DNA of 64,000 nucleotides from the human T2T-CHM13v2.0 reference genome, Homo sapiens. The stretch is taken from assembly GCF_009914755.1 (NCBI RefSeq), contig NC_060942.1. The stretch is one strand, 5' to 3'. The notes beneath the pieces are model-generated. The model did no database searches and had not been told where the DNA came from. It saw only the letters and a list, made by a program, of their open reading frames with translations. This document shows, one piece after another, positions 43,025 to 55,510 of this stretch (the first letter of the stretch is position 1; the number at the start of each line of letters is the position of its first letter). The position numbers and the translations under genes were made by a program.

Positions 43025-45849
43025 ATTACATGGAACTAGAGTTTTCTGAAAAGATAAATTTCCAAAGATATTTAAAGAAAAAGAAAAGAATCACCCATGA
43101 ATGAACACACCCCCAAATGTATCTACTCAGAATAGAAGTCACTATTCTGGTGAGATGGGTTATTTATGGCGATGGGTTGTAGTGGAACGAGATGACGAGA
43201 GAACTAACTATAATACTGTGAGGAGTTCCTCCATAAATATGTTGGTACATTTCTTTTTCTCAAGTTAAACATGGCATGATATAAGTAAATGAATCACAGA
43301 AACCAATGGGAAAAACGTAAATTAGTCCAAAATGGTCAAGTTAAATTGCTTATTATTCTGGAAAAACATAATCCAGTTAGACTTAACTCAATTGAGAAAC
43401 CGAAATAAATTCCAGACAAACTAAAGAATTAAATGTAATAATTTAAATACCAACAATTTGTCACTCATTTGGTGCCTTTTAAACTGCCTTGTGACATTAA
43501 CATTTTAAACACAATAATATTTTATTTTATATCACATTCATATAATTCTCGATCCATACTATACCTTGCCTACTCCCAAGTTCGGGTTACAGAAGTTGCA
43601 ACCTACATAAAAAAAAAAAAAAAAAAAAGGCCTTACCTTCAGATTAGTTTCATGTAAATAGAAGTAGTCATAACCTAATCAATCTTGCCCCATTTAAGAT
43701 TATCTTTTTCTAAGTACACAGAATGCCGAATGAAACAAATAAACAAGACCCATCATTTTTAAAAGGACTTTAGCTCAGTATTGAATTCCTAAAGAATTCC
43801 ATTTTAAAGTGTAATATGTAAACCTGTAATTAAGTAATTTCTGATTCTGATTCTCAAGAAGTTTTCCAAAGAAAAGAGAAAATTCATGTCTAGCAACATA
43901 TATTAGAAAGGTGTAACTGAAAGACTGGTGGTGAAGGAAACAGGAAGGTCTAGAAGTGTCTTGGCTGGAATTGTACTGATCTTAAAACACTGATTCTGCC
44001 AAATGTGAGTAGCCATTGGAACGACATGAGAGATGCACTGTTGACTCCTGCATTTCTCCTGCAGAAGCCTTGTCCTAGTCAAGGAGTACTCGGTTCCTAT
44101 CTAGGGATGGACAATGTAACATTTGGCTGACTAAATAAAGCCTTTTTTCTCTCTTTCCCTGTGAGAAGAGCAAGCATTTGCTTTTAAAATTTATGTAGTG
44201 TGTTTTTCTTCTGACTTTAAAAAAGTGCATAATTTGTTTTCCAATTGCAACTTTTAGTGGCTAACACTAACTATGATATTCTTTTGGAGAATAGAGAGAA
44301 GCAGAGGAATGTGTGGGAAATAAAAAAAGTAATTAGTTTAGAAAGTAACTTGTATAATTTATGCATTTATTTTCAAAACAAGTTTTCTATGTGTGCTCCT
44401 ACTAGGGGCTTGATGCTGTGATAGGTGCAGGGAAAGGTACCACTCTCATAAAATTTGCACTCTAGTGAGATTTAGTTAATAATTCTCTACACTTGTATAC
44501 GATACATACATCTTCAATTTTCTATAAACAATTGGATATTTTGCTTATATTTTCCTAAATTGTGATACAATTTCACATAAAAATATATTGTGATCTCTTC
44601 CTTTAATATTTTTCTGGGCATTAAAATGAATGGAGGGCTGGCTATCAACTTGAACATACTTGCAATGAACCATTCCGTACGAAAGAAAGCCTCCAACCCA
44701 TGTCGAAACTGAAACACATCACTAAACCACGCTCGAATCTTATGACACTGGGGCAACATTTTCTATCAAGACTTACATAAAAATAGTAATACAAAATCCT
44801 CTAGAGCTACTCTTTACTAGTAAAATTCTTCTAATCATTTCTGAGAGAAAAGAACTCACCATCCCATGTTTGAACTTCTTGTCACTAGGTTAGAAGCCCA
44901 TTTTTCTATCTATTTCCTGTCTGTGCCTATCCTGTGACACCTCACCTTAACAATTAAACTCTCTGATATGGAACACAACTAAAATTCATTTTAGAAAATC
45001 GAAGTGCAGCTTCATCACTTGAATTTTCCTTATTTATTATGACGGTAATATCTTCAAAGACTTTCGTAAGGCTGGGTAAGCTTCACCTCTATGCAGCCTG
45101 AAGTTCTGCAGTTGGCCTTTATCAAAACATTCTTACAGTTGTTTTCTCACTCTCTCCTTTACTATTTCATTATTGACTGACAGATTTTATCTCCCTATAT
45201 CATGCCAAATGTCTTTGCACTCTATAATTCTCTGACAATATAATTTTAAACTATCACTTAAGTTTTCCAAAGCAGTTTAGCTAGACTCTAAGTCCTCAGT
45301 TTTATGTATTTCTCATACCTTGCAATTCTTCAGGGCATGGCTGCATGGCTGGATTTTCCAGTAACAATCTGCAATGATGAAATTAGAGAAATATCTGAAA
45401 ATAAAGGATGTTGCACAAAAGCCAAGTGTTTACAATAAAAAAGATGTATAAGCCAAGATAAAATATTGCTTTGTATAGTTATTAAGGTTTTCTTAGTTAC
45501 TTTCTGATAACTGGAGATAACTACTTTCAGCCACCTTATTTTAAACAGTCATTTTCAAGCATGGTGTTTCTTCAGTGTCTATGTGGCAGGTAAATCAGAC
45601 AACCGTAGACATCATTTTGGCCATTGAAACACCCAAATTAACTCTGCTTAGATGGCCAAGCTGATTAAAAACCTGACTGTAGTCTTTTCAAACCAACAAC
45701 ATAGACATTGTGTGTGATACAATATGAGCCTGAGCAAGAAAGACCACATAATTTTTAAAAATTATATTTATATATAATAATATATAATAAAATTATATAT
45801 GTACACACACACACAAACCAAGCAGGATTTGCCACAGACCGCCCCCAAA

Positions 45850-46340
45850 AAATAATACAATCTCTAAGAAGTAAACAACTCTATTGAAAATGTATTAAAT
45901 AAAAATGCTGAAAGGGATAAATGAGGAAAGAAATGACCTATGTAACGTTTTGAAACAGGACCTTGACTAGATAGGGTAAGGCTAAAGACAACAAGAGCTT
46001 TGCATAAATGCTGAAAGCTAATTAGTAAATATATTTTATGTGTATATAAGGATTCAAAATATAATTTATTGGTGGGAGAAAGAAGTTACAAATAAGCAAA
46101 GAGGAAAACCAAAAAGATATCTGTGATATTACATTGAAATAAGAAGCATCAATATGAATTCATAGCGATAGATAGATGATAGATAGATATTAATAGAATG
46201 GATAGATTGATAGATATATAATACACACATATGTAAATTAGCCCACACTCACATATTTCCTTGCTTACTCTACTGAAATGCCTAGAAGCAATAATACCTG
46301 GATAGTAAATTGATGGATGTCTAGGACAGGCATTGGCCTT
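45850..46340 (+). mobile_element. L1MC/MD-type 3' region fragment containing (GATA)n
   Basis: AAGCATCAATATGAATTCATAG...ATATTTCCTTGCTTACTCTACTGAAATGCCTAGAAGCAATAATACC; GATA repeats at ~46167-46213. Confidence 0.55.
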
Positions 46341-46349
46341 TAGCTTAAG

Positions 46350-48585
46350 TACCTTTTCTGACCACAGTGGTATGAAATTAGAAATCAATAAACTAGAATT
46401 TTGGAGAATTCAAAAATACATGGAAATTTGACTGAATTCTCCTAAGCAACCAATGGTTCAAAAGAAGAAATTCAAAGGGAAATTTAAAAATATATTGAGA
46501 CAAATGAAAATGGACACACAACATACAAAAAACCTTTGGGATGCAGCAAAAGCAATTATAAAAGGGAAGTTTATAGCAATAAACAGCTACATCAAAAAAG
46601 CAAAAAAAATCTCAAATAACCTAGTATTATACCTCAAGAAACTAGAAAAAAAAGTAAACCCAAATATCACAGAAAAAAAAGTAAATACAGATCAGAGTAG
46701 AAATAAATTAACTAGAGACTAGAACAAAAATAGAAAAGATCAGCAGAATTAGAATTGGGTTTCTGAAAAGATAATCAAGATTGACAAACCTTAAGCTAGG
46801 CTAAGAAAAAAACATAGAAGACTCAAATAAATAGAATCAGAAATGAAAGAGGAGACATCACAAATGACACCACAGAAATCGTTAGAGACTGCTATGAAGA
46901 ACTGTGCAACAACAAATTGGATAATCTAGAAGAAATAGAAAAATTTCTAGAAACATACAACCTATCAAATTGAATTATGAAGAAATAGAGAACCTGAATA
47001 CACTAATAACAAATAAGGAGATTGAATATATAATAAAAAGTCTCCCAACAAAGAAAAGGCTGGGACCTGATCCCTTCACCGTGACACTATACCAAACATT
47101 AAAGAAGAACTAGGCCAGGCGCGGTGGCTCATGCCTGTAATCCCAGCACTTTAGGAGGCCGAGGCGGTGGATCACAAGGCCAAGAGTTCAAGACCAGCCT
47201 GGCCAAGATGGTGAAACCCCGTCTTTATTAAAAATACAAAAAAATTAGCTGGGTGTGGTGGTGGGCGCCTGTAATCCCAGCTACTCGGGAGGCCAAGGCA
47301 AAGAATTGCTTGAACATGGGAGGTGGAGGTTGCAGTGAGCTGAGATCACGCCACTGCACTCCAGCCTGGGTGATAGAGTGAGACTCCATCTCAAAAAAAA
47401 AATGAATAAATAAAAATTTAAAAAAGGAAGAACTAATCCCAATTCAAAAATTGAAGAGGCAACACTTCCAAACTTATTTTATGAGGCTGGCATTATCCTG
47501 ATACCAAAGCCAGGAAAGTATATATAAGAAAAGAAAATTATGGGCCAATATCCCTGATGAACACAGATGGAAAAGTCTTACACAAAATACTAGCAAACCA
47601 CATTCAATAGCACATTAAAGAATTATTCACCATTATCAAGTGGAATTTATTCCAAAGATGTGTTGATTGTTCAATACAAACAAATTTTAAAATGTGATAC
47701 ACCACATTAACAGAATTCAGGACAAAAACCGTATAATCATTTCATAGATGCAGAAAAAGCACTGGTAAAAATTCCATGTCCTTTTATGATAAGAACTCCC
47801 AAGAAATTAGATATAGGAGGAAGTTAACACAATAAAGGCTACATATGACAAATCTACAGTTAATGTGATAGTCAATGTGTAAAAGTTATATATTTCTCTC
47901 TCTCTCTCTATGATCAGGAACAAGACAAGAATGCCTACTCTTACTACTTTTATTCAACATAGTACTGAAGTCCAAGCCACACCAAGTAGGCGAGAGAAAT
48001 AAAAGGCATCCAAACTGGAAAGGAAGAAGTTAAGTTGTCATTGTTTGTAGACAATATAACCTTATATAGAGAAAACCTTGGAAACACCAAAAAAATACTG
48101 TTAGAACTAATAAACAAATTCAGCAAAGTTGTAGGATACAAAATCAACATAAAAACAATTAGTAGCATTTTTATAAAATAACAGAAAGTACTTGCCCCCC
48201 CCCAAAAAAATCAAGAAAATAATACCATTTACAATAGCTACACAAAATACATAGGAATAAATATAAATAGGGAGGTGAAAGACATGAACTGTGAAACAAA
48301 AAAAATTGATGAAAGAAATTGGATATGCAAAATATTCCATGATCATGAATTGAAAAAAAAAATTATTTAAATGTCCAGACTTCCCAATGCAATCTACAGA
48401 TTCAATATAATCTCTATCAAAATACCAATGACATTTTTCACAGAAATGGAAAAAAAAATCCTAAAATTTGCATAGAACCAGAAAAGACCCTGAATATCCA
48501 AAACAATCTTAAGCAAAAAGAACTAAGCTGGATGTATCAGACTATCTGACATCTAAATATACTGCAAATCTACAGTAATCAAAGT
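46350..48585 (+). mobile_element. Old L1M (MA/MB-like) ORF2 fragment, interrupted by an Alu
   Basis: TTTTCTGACCACAGTGGTATGAAATTAGAAATC, NLWDAAKA peptide, GATGCAGAAAAAGC and TTGTTTGTAGACAATATAA (degenerate FADD region); many stops. Confidence 0.9.
47113..47423 (+). mobile_element. Full-length AluSg-like, inserted in L1
   Basis: GGATCACAAGG, GGCCAAGATGGTG; TSD AAAGAAGAACTA / AAGGAAGAACTA. Confidence 0.96.
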
Positions 48586-50721
48586 TTAAAGTTTGTAGGC
48601 AATGGAAAATAACAAAGAGAAATATTAAGTAATATAAGGATTTAGGGATATAATATCATGTATTCCGGCACTTTTTCTAGGCAGTGAATCATTGCTGCCA
48701 ACGAGCACTATAGAAATTGAAAATTTGAAAAATGGCAAAACATTGTAGAAGAGAATCATGAGGTTAAGTGAACTGGCAAATCTAAAGTGAAATCACCTCA
48801 ATCTAAATGACAGACACAACTTTGCAAAAATGTGAACATTAATTCTGAACAAGTACTGTTCATCAAGTACAGTTTTTATGACTTGCATTGTAAAACTGCT
48901 TGCTTTCATGAATTAATTTTGAATATTTGCATTATTCTATCATAAAGCACTTAGCATTCCTCCCCTCCCCATGTAGTTTTCCCTTCAAATATCAAAAGGT
49001 ATATTTTTCTAGTTTATAATACGATAGAAGGTGACAAGTAACGGAAAACATTTTTTCTTGGTTGACATTTTTAAAATATCTCAACGTGCTCTAAAAATAC
49101 ACTGATTAAATCTTACAATAACATAGATATTGAAGTACTACAACAAGGAATTTCATTATGAACTTCATATTTTTGCAAAGATATGATACTTCGAAACTGC
49201 TTGTTTTCTCTGGGTCAAGGACGTTTCAAGTCCTGAAAATGATGTGCTGAGTAATAGGAAAAATAGAGCTGGACTCAGAAGGGCACAGAATATGCTGCTG
49301 CCTAGGTGATGGGATTTCAGAAAATTAGATCCATGCTTCTAAAATACGCCTTCCTGAGTCGCTCAATGATCGCTGAAATTCTTTCCAACATAGCTAAGTC
49401 CTTTCATCCCAGAGTTAATTGAAAATCTTAAGCGGCAGGTAACTCTGGTAGTTTAAAGAAGTGGTATTGCATTTTTTCTTTGGTTCAGAATTCAGCACAG
49501 GAGGAAGCCCGTGAGAGCATGAGCATCCTGAACACTTTGATAGAAAATCGAGTTTTCGTAGTAAAGTAAAATAATTCAGAAAGAGACTCTGGGGTACTGA
49601 TCTGGGATATTTTGCCTATTTATAGTGGAACTTTCCTTTCTGTTGTCATAAGTGATTGAAGAATGGCTAAAAGCATGATATGGAGATGGGACATTAGACC
49701 ACAGAGACTATTAATGGCAGTAGTGGGTACGGTAAGTCAAGCACAAACATATATTCTTACTTGTAGAAGTTAGACAATTCATAGAATTATGTCATTATCA
49801 TCATCAGTGTTATTATATAGCATTTATCCATCTATTAGGAGGTGCCATGAGTGGCATTAGGGACACTAAGAACAAAAAATGAACAATATTCTTAGAGTAA
49901 TCTCAGAAATGAGAATTTTAAAAGCGACATTTAGGATAACAATGACACTTTGTTCTCTCCTTGATTACCTCTTCTTTGTCTAAACCCATCCTTACTACAT
50001 TTAACTAAATTTCAATATGTAGCTATTTTTTGAGCAATAAATAAGTAAATCTCTATATAATACATGCTGCAGAAGAGATGAAAATGAGTGAGTTAAACCG
50101 ATCTCTACTGTCAGCAATTCCCAGACTATTTGGGCAAGTGGTTGTCACAAACAGATGGCTAACTTCTTACCTACTACAATTGCAAAGGAGAAAGTAGAGA
50201 CAGAAGAAGTGCTTGTAAAAAGGTTCACATTGATTATTCCTGAAATATGATTAGGAACAAAGTTCTATGTGTGTTCTGAAGAGGAAGAGATCAATCAGCA
50301 TATTAATATGTTGATGTGATGAAACAGCAATATATTGCAATGGACATGCCCTCCCTGAAAGTAAATCTACACACATTCTTTCAACTCTCCAGGCTATACA
50401 AGGCAGAAAATGTTCATTATTTACAAATGAGAAAGCTAAAAAATAGTCTGAAGACAAATTCTTCTGAGTTTAAAAAACATATTTAAATTGAACAAGAAGC
50501 ACATAACACAAATTTGAAACCTTGTGGGATGTTTTGTAGCAACTTGTCAGTAAATAAAGTTTTCTCTTTATTTTGTACTTCACAGATGTTTGAATTAGTG
50601 TTTTCATCCCTGAGAAATCAGGAAGCTCAAAATTATTATCAGTTGAAAACAAAAAACAAATACATGACACTGAAAGTTTGATTTCATGAATTACATGATT
50701 TTTCTTTAGATATTTTAGTGG

Positions 50722-51280
50722 CATCAACCTCAATAACAGAGATGAATTTTCCAAAGATATTGAATTTATTTGGGAGTCACGAGGGTTAGCAAATCTGGGG
50801 TATGTAGGCTATAGGGACCACACACATATTCAAAAAGTTTGCAGAAAGGGAAAAGATGATCTCGCCCCTCCACTGCAGCCTGGGTGACCCAGCAAGACTG
50901 CCTCTAAAAATAAAATAAAAATAAAAATAAAAAAGGCCAAAGGAGAAGTGCACATAAGTTGTTTTGTGACAAAAAGAACATGGGTTACAAGGGCTTATCA
51001 CAGGAGGTGATGCCAGTTCATCAGTAGAGACAATGTCAAGCAATGGCTCTTAAGCATCCAGCTAGCTGTCCTTGTGACTCCTGCAGCAAGCTACAGTTTG
51101 AAAAGTGCTTGGCAAAAGTTGTTGTCACAGGCACATAGGCATAAGAGCTCTTCAGAGAGTCTACCATAGGCATGTGTGTGAGAGCCCTCCCTTCTTAACC
51201 TTCTGGATTTATTTATTTATTTATTTATTATTTTGGGGTCTAACACAAGTGATTCCGTTTTGCTTCTGACAGCTTTCACA
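50722..51280 (-). mobile_element. ERV1 3' LTR (MER67-like, MER4 group)
   Basis: Minus strand starts TGTGAAAGCTGTCAGAAGCAAAACGGAATCACTTGTG, directly preceded by the polypurine tract AAAAGAGGGGGAAA; AATAAA near 50770. Confidence 0.75.
50858..50934 (+). mobile_element. 5'-truncated Alu 3' end inserted in the LTR
   Basis: GATCTCGCCCCTCCACTGCAGCCTGGGTGACCCAGCAAGACTGCCTCT plus (TAAAA)n tail. Confidence 0.85.
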
Positions 51281-51479
51281 TTTCCCCCTCTTTTCGTCAG
51301 GGTCTTTTTCCAAAAGTATCGCTGATCAGTCATCCTGCAGTTAGGTTGTAATTGTACCTCAGTGCCAAGATGGACTTGTCCCAGCCGTTGGTTAGAGGGA
51401 AGTGCTTGGAGACTAGGAGTTACTGTCAAAATCCCTTTAGCCACATTGGAGCAAAAAGGAGGTTTGGAAGGAGTGGCTT

Positions 51480-51720
51480 TCATGCTAGGTCTGCCTGTTC
51501 AATTGTGTTTGTACTGTAGGTGTTGACTAGCATCTCAAAGTCCTGAGCTAACATTATTCTGTACGGAGCATTGGTTTTGCAGAGATTGTACAGGCAACTG
51601 GTACAAAGTTTCAAAAGAATAACGTAAAAGAAAACCAACAGGATCGTAACAAATCCAATTTGCACAATGGTTCTGCATCAAGAGCCCAAGCCTAAAGGCA
51701 ACGAACTAAACAAATTAGAA
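51480..51720 (-). pseudogene. Retroviral env TM-subunit C-terminal remnant
   Basis: Translates SNLFSSLPLGLGS*CRTIVQIGFVTILLVFFYVILLKLCTSC...IMLAQ: membrane-proximal region, hydrophobic anchor and tail, just upstream of the PPT. Confidence 0.6.
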
Positions 51721-52077
51721 GGCCATGGGGAACTGATTGAGACTTGTGGTCATTGAGCCTGTTCTGTAACGCAGCTGCATTAGCAATCTTATCATTTAGT
51801 ATTCCATAACTGGGTTAAATTAAAGCCGATAGTGTTATACAAAGAGAGCATTAGTACAATTTGAACAGAAAGTTGCATTGGGGGTGTTGCCAAAGTTACC
51901 CACTAGTTGTACTAAAGGATTTATTAAATCAGGTATTGTCAAGTTATCCACAGTAGCTGCTGACTGTGAAATTTTACTATACCTACATCTACACCTGTGA
52001 AATTTTACTACTACCTTTCTTCAGGTGAACATGTAGGCATTAAGAAAGGTAATCGTTTTATTATAATATGGAGTCTG

Positions 52078-52490
52078 TTTTTATGTTTTTCTTTTTTAAC
52101 TCATTTTAGGTTCAAGGGTACATATGAAGGTTTGTTACATAGATAAACATGTGTCAAGGGTGTTCATTTACAAATTTCTTCATCACCTGGGTATTAAGCT
52201 CAGTACCTAAGAGTTCTCTTTTCTGCTTCTCTCCCTCCTCCCACCCTCCGCCCTCAACTAGACCCAGTGTCTGTTGTTTCCTTCTTTGTGTTCATATGTT
52301 CTTATCATTTAGCTCCCACTTATAAGTAAGACTATGTGGTATTTGGTTTCCTGTTTCTGCATTAGTTTGTTAAGAATAATAGCCTCCAGCTCCATCCATG
52401 TTCCCGCAAAAGACATGATCTCATTCTTTTCTATGGCTGCATAGTATTCCATGGTGTATATACACCACATTTTCTTTATCCACTTTGTTA
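52078..52490 (-). mobile_element. L1PA15/16-like 3' fragment nested in the ERV
   Basis: TTTTAGGTTCAAGGGTACATATGAAGGTTTGTTAC...TTAGCTCCCACTTATAAG; ORF2 C-terminus KKMWCIYTMEYYAAI. Confidence 0.9.
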
Positions 52491-53170
52491 TGATTGGCTT
52501 ATTCATGATATGCAGTCTTGTTCCAACATCTCGGAGAACGTTGCCCACAGCATGAAGTTCTGAACGTCTTGTCCTGGTTTGCAGTTGAAAAGTCCCTGGA
52601 TGTGGTATCAGGTGATCTGTTGAACTTTGTATGTGGCCCCTGTATCAGGCACAAGATGTGTTCCTTAAAATTCACTCCGTTTCTGCTTATGAGGTCTCAG
52701 GAAGAGAGCAGTTATTTTCCTTAGTTGGAGAGTTGCAGCCAGACAGTGAAGGAAACTATGATAATTCATGATCTAGTCCAGTCTACAGGCAGTTAGTAAA
52801 AACTTGAAACAATACACAAGGTTACAATCTAATAACGGCTCTTTTATGGCTTTTCCTTAGAAACATCATTTTTTTTCCTCCACAGTCATCCTGATTTCTA
52901 CCGGAGATAATCAAAGAAAGACAGATTTTTTGTAAAGTAAATAGAGTTTTATTAGATTTGACCTGATCTTTTACATAAGTGCAATGAGACTAGTAACTGA
53001 CCACATAAGAATCTCAGGTTGAACTTTTAAAAATATGCAGGGCAAGAAATCCAAATTAAAGTAGACTTCAGACTTTGTGGGCAGTACCTATAAACAATTT
53101 AAAATATGGCATCCCATTCAAAGCCTTGGTAATACAACTAATGTTTCCAATTGTATCCTACTATAAAGAG

Positions 53171-53251
53171 AACTTATAGCTTAAGATAAAAATTATTTGT
53201 AAATCTGAAAAACTTATAGCTTAAGATAAAAATTTTTTTGTAAATCTGAAA
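53171..53251. repeat. Tandem duplication, 2 x 40-41 bp
   Basis: AACTTATAGCTTAAGATAAAAATTATTTGTAAATCTGAAA repeated with one substitution and one extra T. Confidence 0.95.
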
Positions 53252-53509
53252 AACAAAACATTTCATTAAAGAGCCAGTAATGTTACCATAAAAGTTATAT
53301 AAACATTATCTTTATCAGATATTAAATCTCACGTAAGTTTTGTTTTACTTGATTTGATTAGCAGTTTCATGAATTCATTAGTTTCTTCAACAGAGTTTTG
53401 AAAATGTTTACTTAGTTCATTAATATCTTAATTTGAACCAAGTCAAGTGTTCAAATGACTTTTAAAAATTTAATATGTAAGAAATTTTAAAAATATATAT
53501 ATATTTTAA

Positions 53510-54325
53510 ATTGTCTTTAATTGTATATCAGTTTGAGATTTACAGAAAAATCAAATGGATAGTGCATTCAGTTTCCTATTATTAACATCTTCTTGGTTAG
53601 TATGGTACATCTGCTACAATTAACCAAGTAATACTGATGCATTTTTATTAACTAAAGTCCATGTTTTATTCAGATGTCTTTCATTTTTAACCAATGATCT
53701 TCTTCTGTTCCAGTATTTCATCCAGTATGCATGACATTTAGTCCTCTTGGCTCCTTAGGCTCCTCTTGGCTGTGACAGTTTCTCAGGTTTTCTTGGTTGT
53801 GGTCATTTTGAAAGCTATGAGGAGTACTGGTCAGGTGTTTTGCAGGACGCCCTTTTATTGGAACTTGTCTGAGATTTTGCTCAGGATTAGACTAGGGTTA
53901 CCTATTTTGGGAGGAAGACCACATGGATAAAATGCCATTTTTATCACATCATATCAAGGGTACATACTATTCACATGATTTACCATTGTTGATGTTGACC
54001 TTGACCACATGGTTAAGGCAACGTTTGTCAGATTTCTGCACTGCAAAGTTACTCTTCCTCTGGCCCTGCCTTGCTGAACTCTTTGGAAGGAAGTCACTAT
54101 TCCCAGCGCATACTTAAGAAATGAGAAGTCATGCTCCTTCTTAAGGGATTAGAGTATCTACATAAAGTATTTGAAATTCTTCTAAATGGGAAATTAATAA
54201 CCTCCTCCTTTTTTAATTTATGTATTCAACAATGTATTTATATTAATATGGCTCATGGATACATATGTTGTATTTCATGGTATAAGCTAATAATATTTTA
54301 TTTTATCACTCCAACTGTTCAAATA
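53510..54325 (-). mobile_element. L1MD2/3-like 3' end
   Basis: GATTTACAGAAAAA...GGCTCCTCTTGGCTGTGACAGTTTCTCAG...GAGGAGTACTGGTCAGGT...GATGTTGACCTTGACCAC. Confidence 0.85.
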
Positions 54326-55120
54326 ACTTTTATTAGAAGGGGATAATATTATTTAACATATTTTAATTAAATTATCAGTAATGATGTGATACAAAGCTAC
54401 ATCTGTGAGAGTCAGATGTTATATAAAATTATTTTAATTAGATAAATTAGATTAGATATTCTGGAGGTATAAGCCCATCTTTAGTTATAATCATATTATT
54501 TATAATTACAAATGTACTATTTTAAAGTCATAGAAAAATGCACTTCCCAAACAATGGCATTGATAGAATATTTCTTCAGGGTCACCTATGTGAGTAATAA
54601 CATATGAATTTCTATATCCCTTATAATTTGACGTTAAATTGATTTAACTAAAGAAGCATTCTTATATTTAAACTAAAACAAAGAATACTGAACAAATAAT
54701 AACAGAATAATTGCTTTTAGAACTCAAAATTCTCTGTAGGCATATTTTGCAGGATTCGAATGATATAAAATGAAATTATTCTTACCAAGGTGATATCCAG
54801 GATCTCTGCCCTTGTTCAGGAATAGTTTCAGTACATACATACATGGGTTATTGTTAGCAGGAATGCATTTCTCTCTTTGCCTTATCTCATTGGTCAAATA
54901 TATGATTTAACATTCATTACAGCTGTGTAAAGAGGGATTAAATTCTCAATGCTTAATTACTTTAGCTAGTTTCCATCTGTTAGTTGATTTCAGGCCTTTT
55001 CTCCAACATTAGACTACAAAGAAATTCTGCAAGCAATCCTTTTGCATGACAGACATTTTTTTGCTAACAATTCGACAGATTTAACATTCACCTTCAAATT
55101 CATGGAATGGGAACCCTGGC

Positions 55121-55510
55121 TGCTATGGTTTGACCAAGCATGTCTCTCATAAGCTATTGTGTTAGAAACTTAGTCTCCAAACTCATATGTTAATGGTATT
55201 TGGAGGTGGGGCCTTTGAAAGATAATTACGATTAAATGAGGTTATATGGGTGGGCCCTCTCCCATGATGGCATTAGTCACTTCATAAGAAGAGACAGAGA
55301 GTTTAGCTATCTGGCTTGCTTTGTCTCATCACGTGATGCCCTCAGCCATGTTATGAGGCAGCAAGAAGACCCTCACTAGATGCCGGTACCATGATCTTGG
55401 ATTTCCCAGCCTCCATTACTATGAGATAAGTCAATCTCTATTCTACATAAATTACCCAATCTTTGGCATTCAGTTAACAGAAAACAGTTAACAGAAAACA
55501 AACCAAGATA
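55121..55510 (+). mobile_element. MSTC/MSTD-like MaLR solo LTR
   Basis: TGCTATGGTTTGA start; GGAGGTGGGGCCTTTG; ends AAACCAAGATA; TSD CTGGC/TTGGC; internal 14-bp tandem duplication CAGTTAACAGAAAA. Confidence 0.88.

Larger units (their letters stand above)
51281..53440 (-). mobile_element. ERV1 internal sequence (MER31-int/MER4-group-like) with PPT; no 5' LTR seen
   Basis: PPT at 51281-51294, env-like remnant upstream, and AT-rich MER4-group-like sequence (CAAAGCCTTGGTAATACAACTAATGTTTCCAATTG). Confidence 0.65.

Noticed and set aside
45748-45765. Perfect 18-bp AT palindrome ATAATTTTTAAAAATTAT (similar one at ~53483-53512)
   Set aside because: Low-complexity AT sequence, far shorter than known unstable palindromic AT-rich repeats
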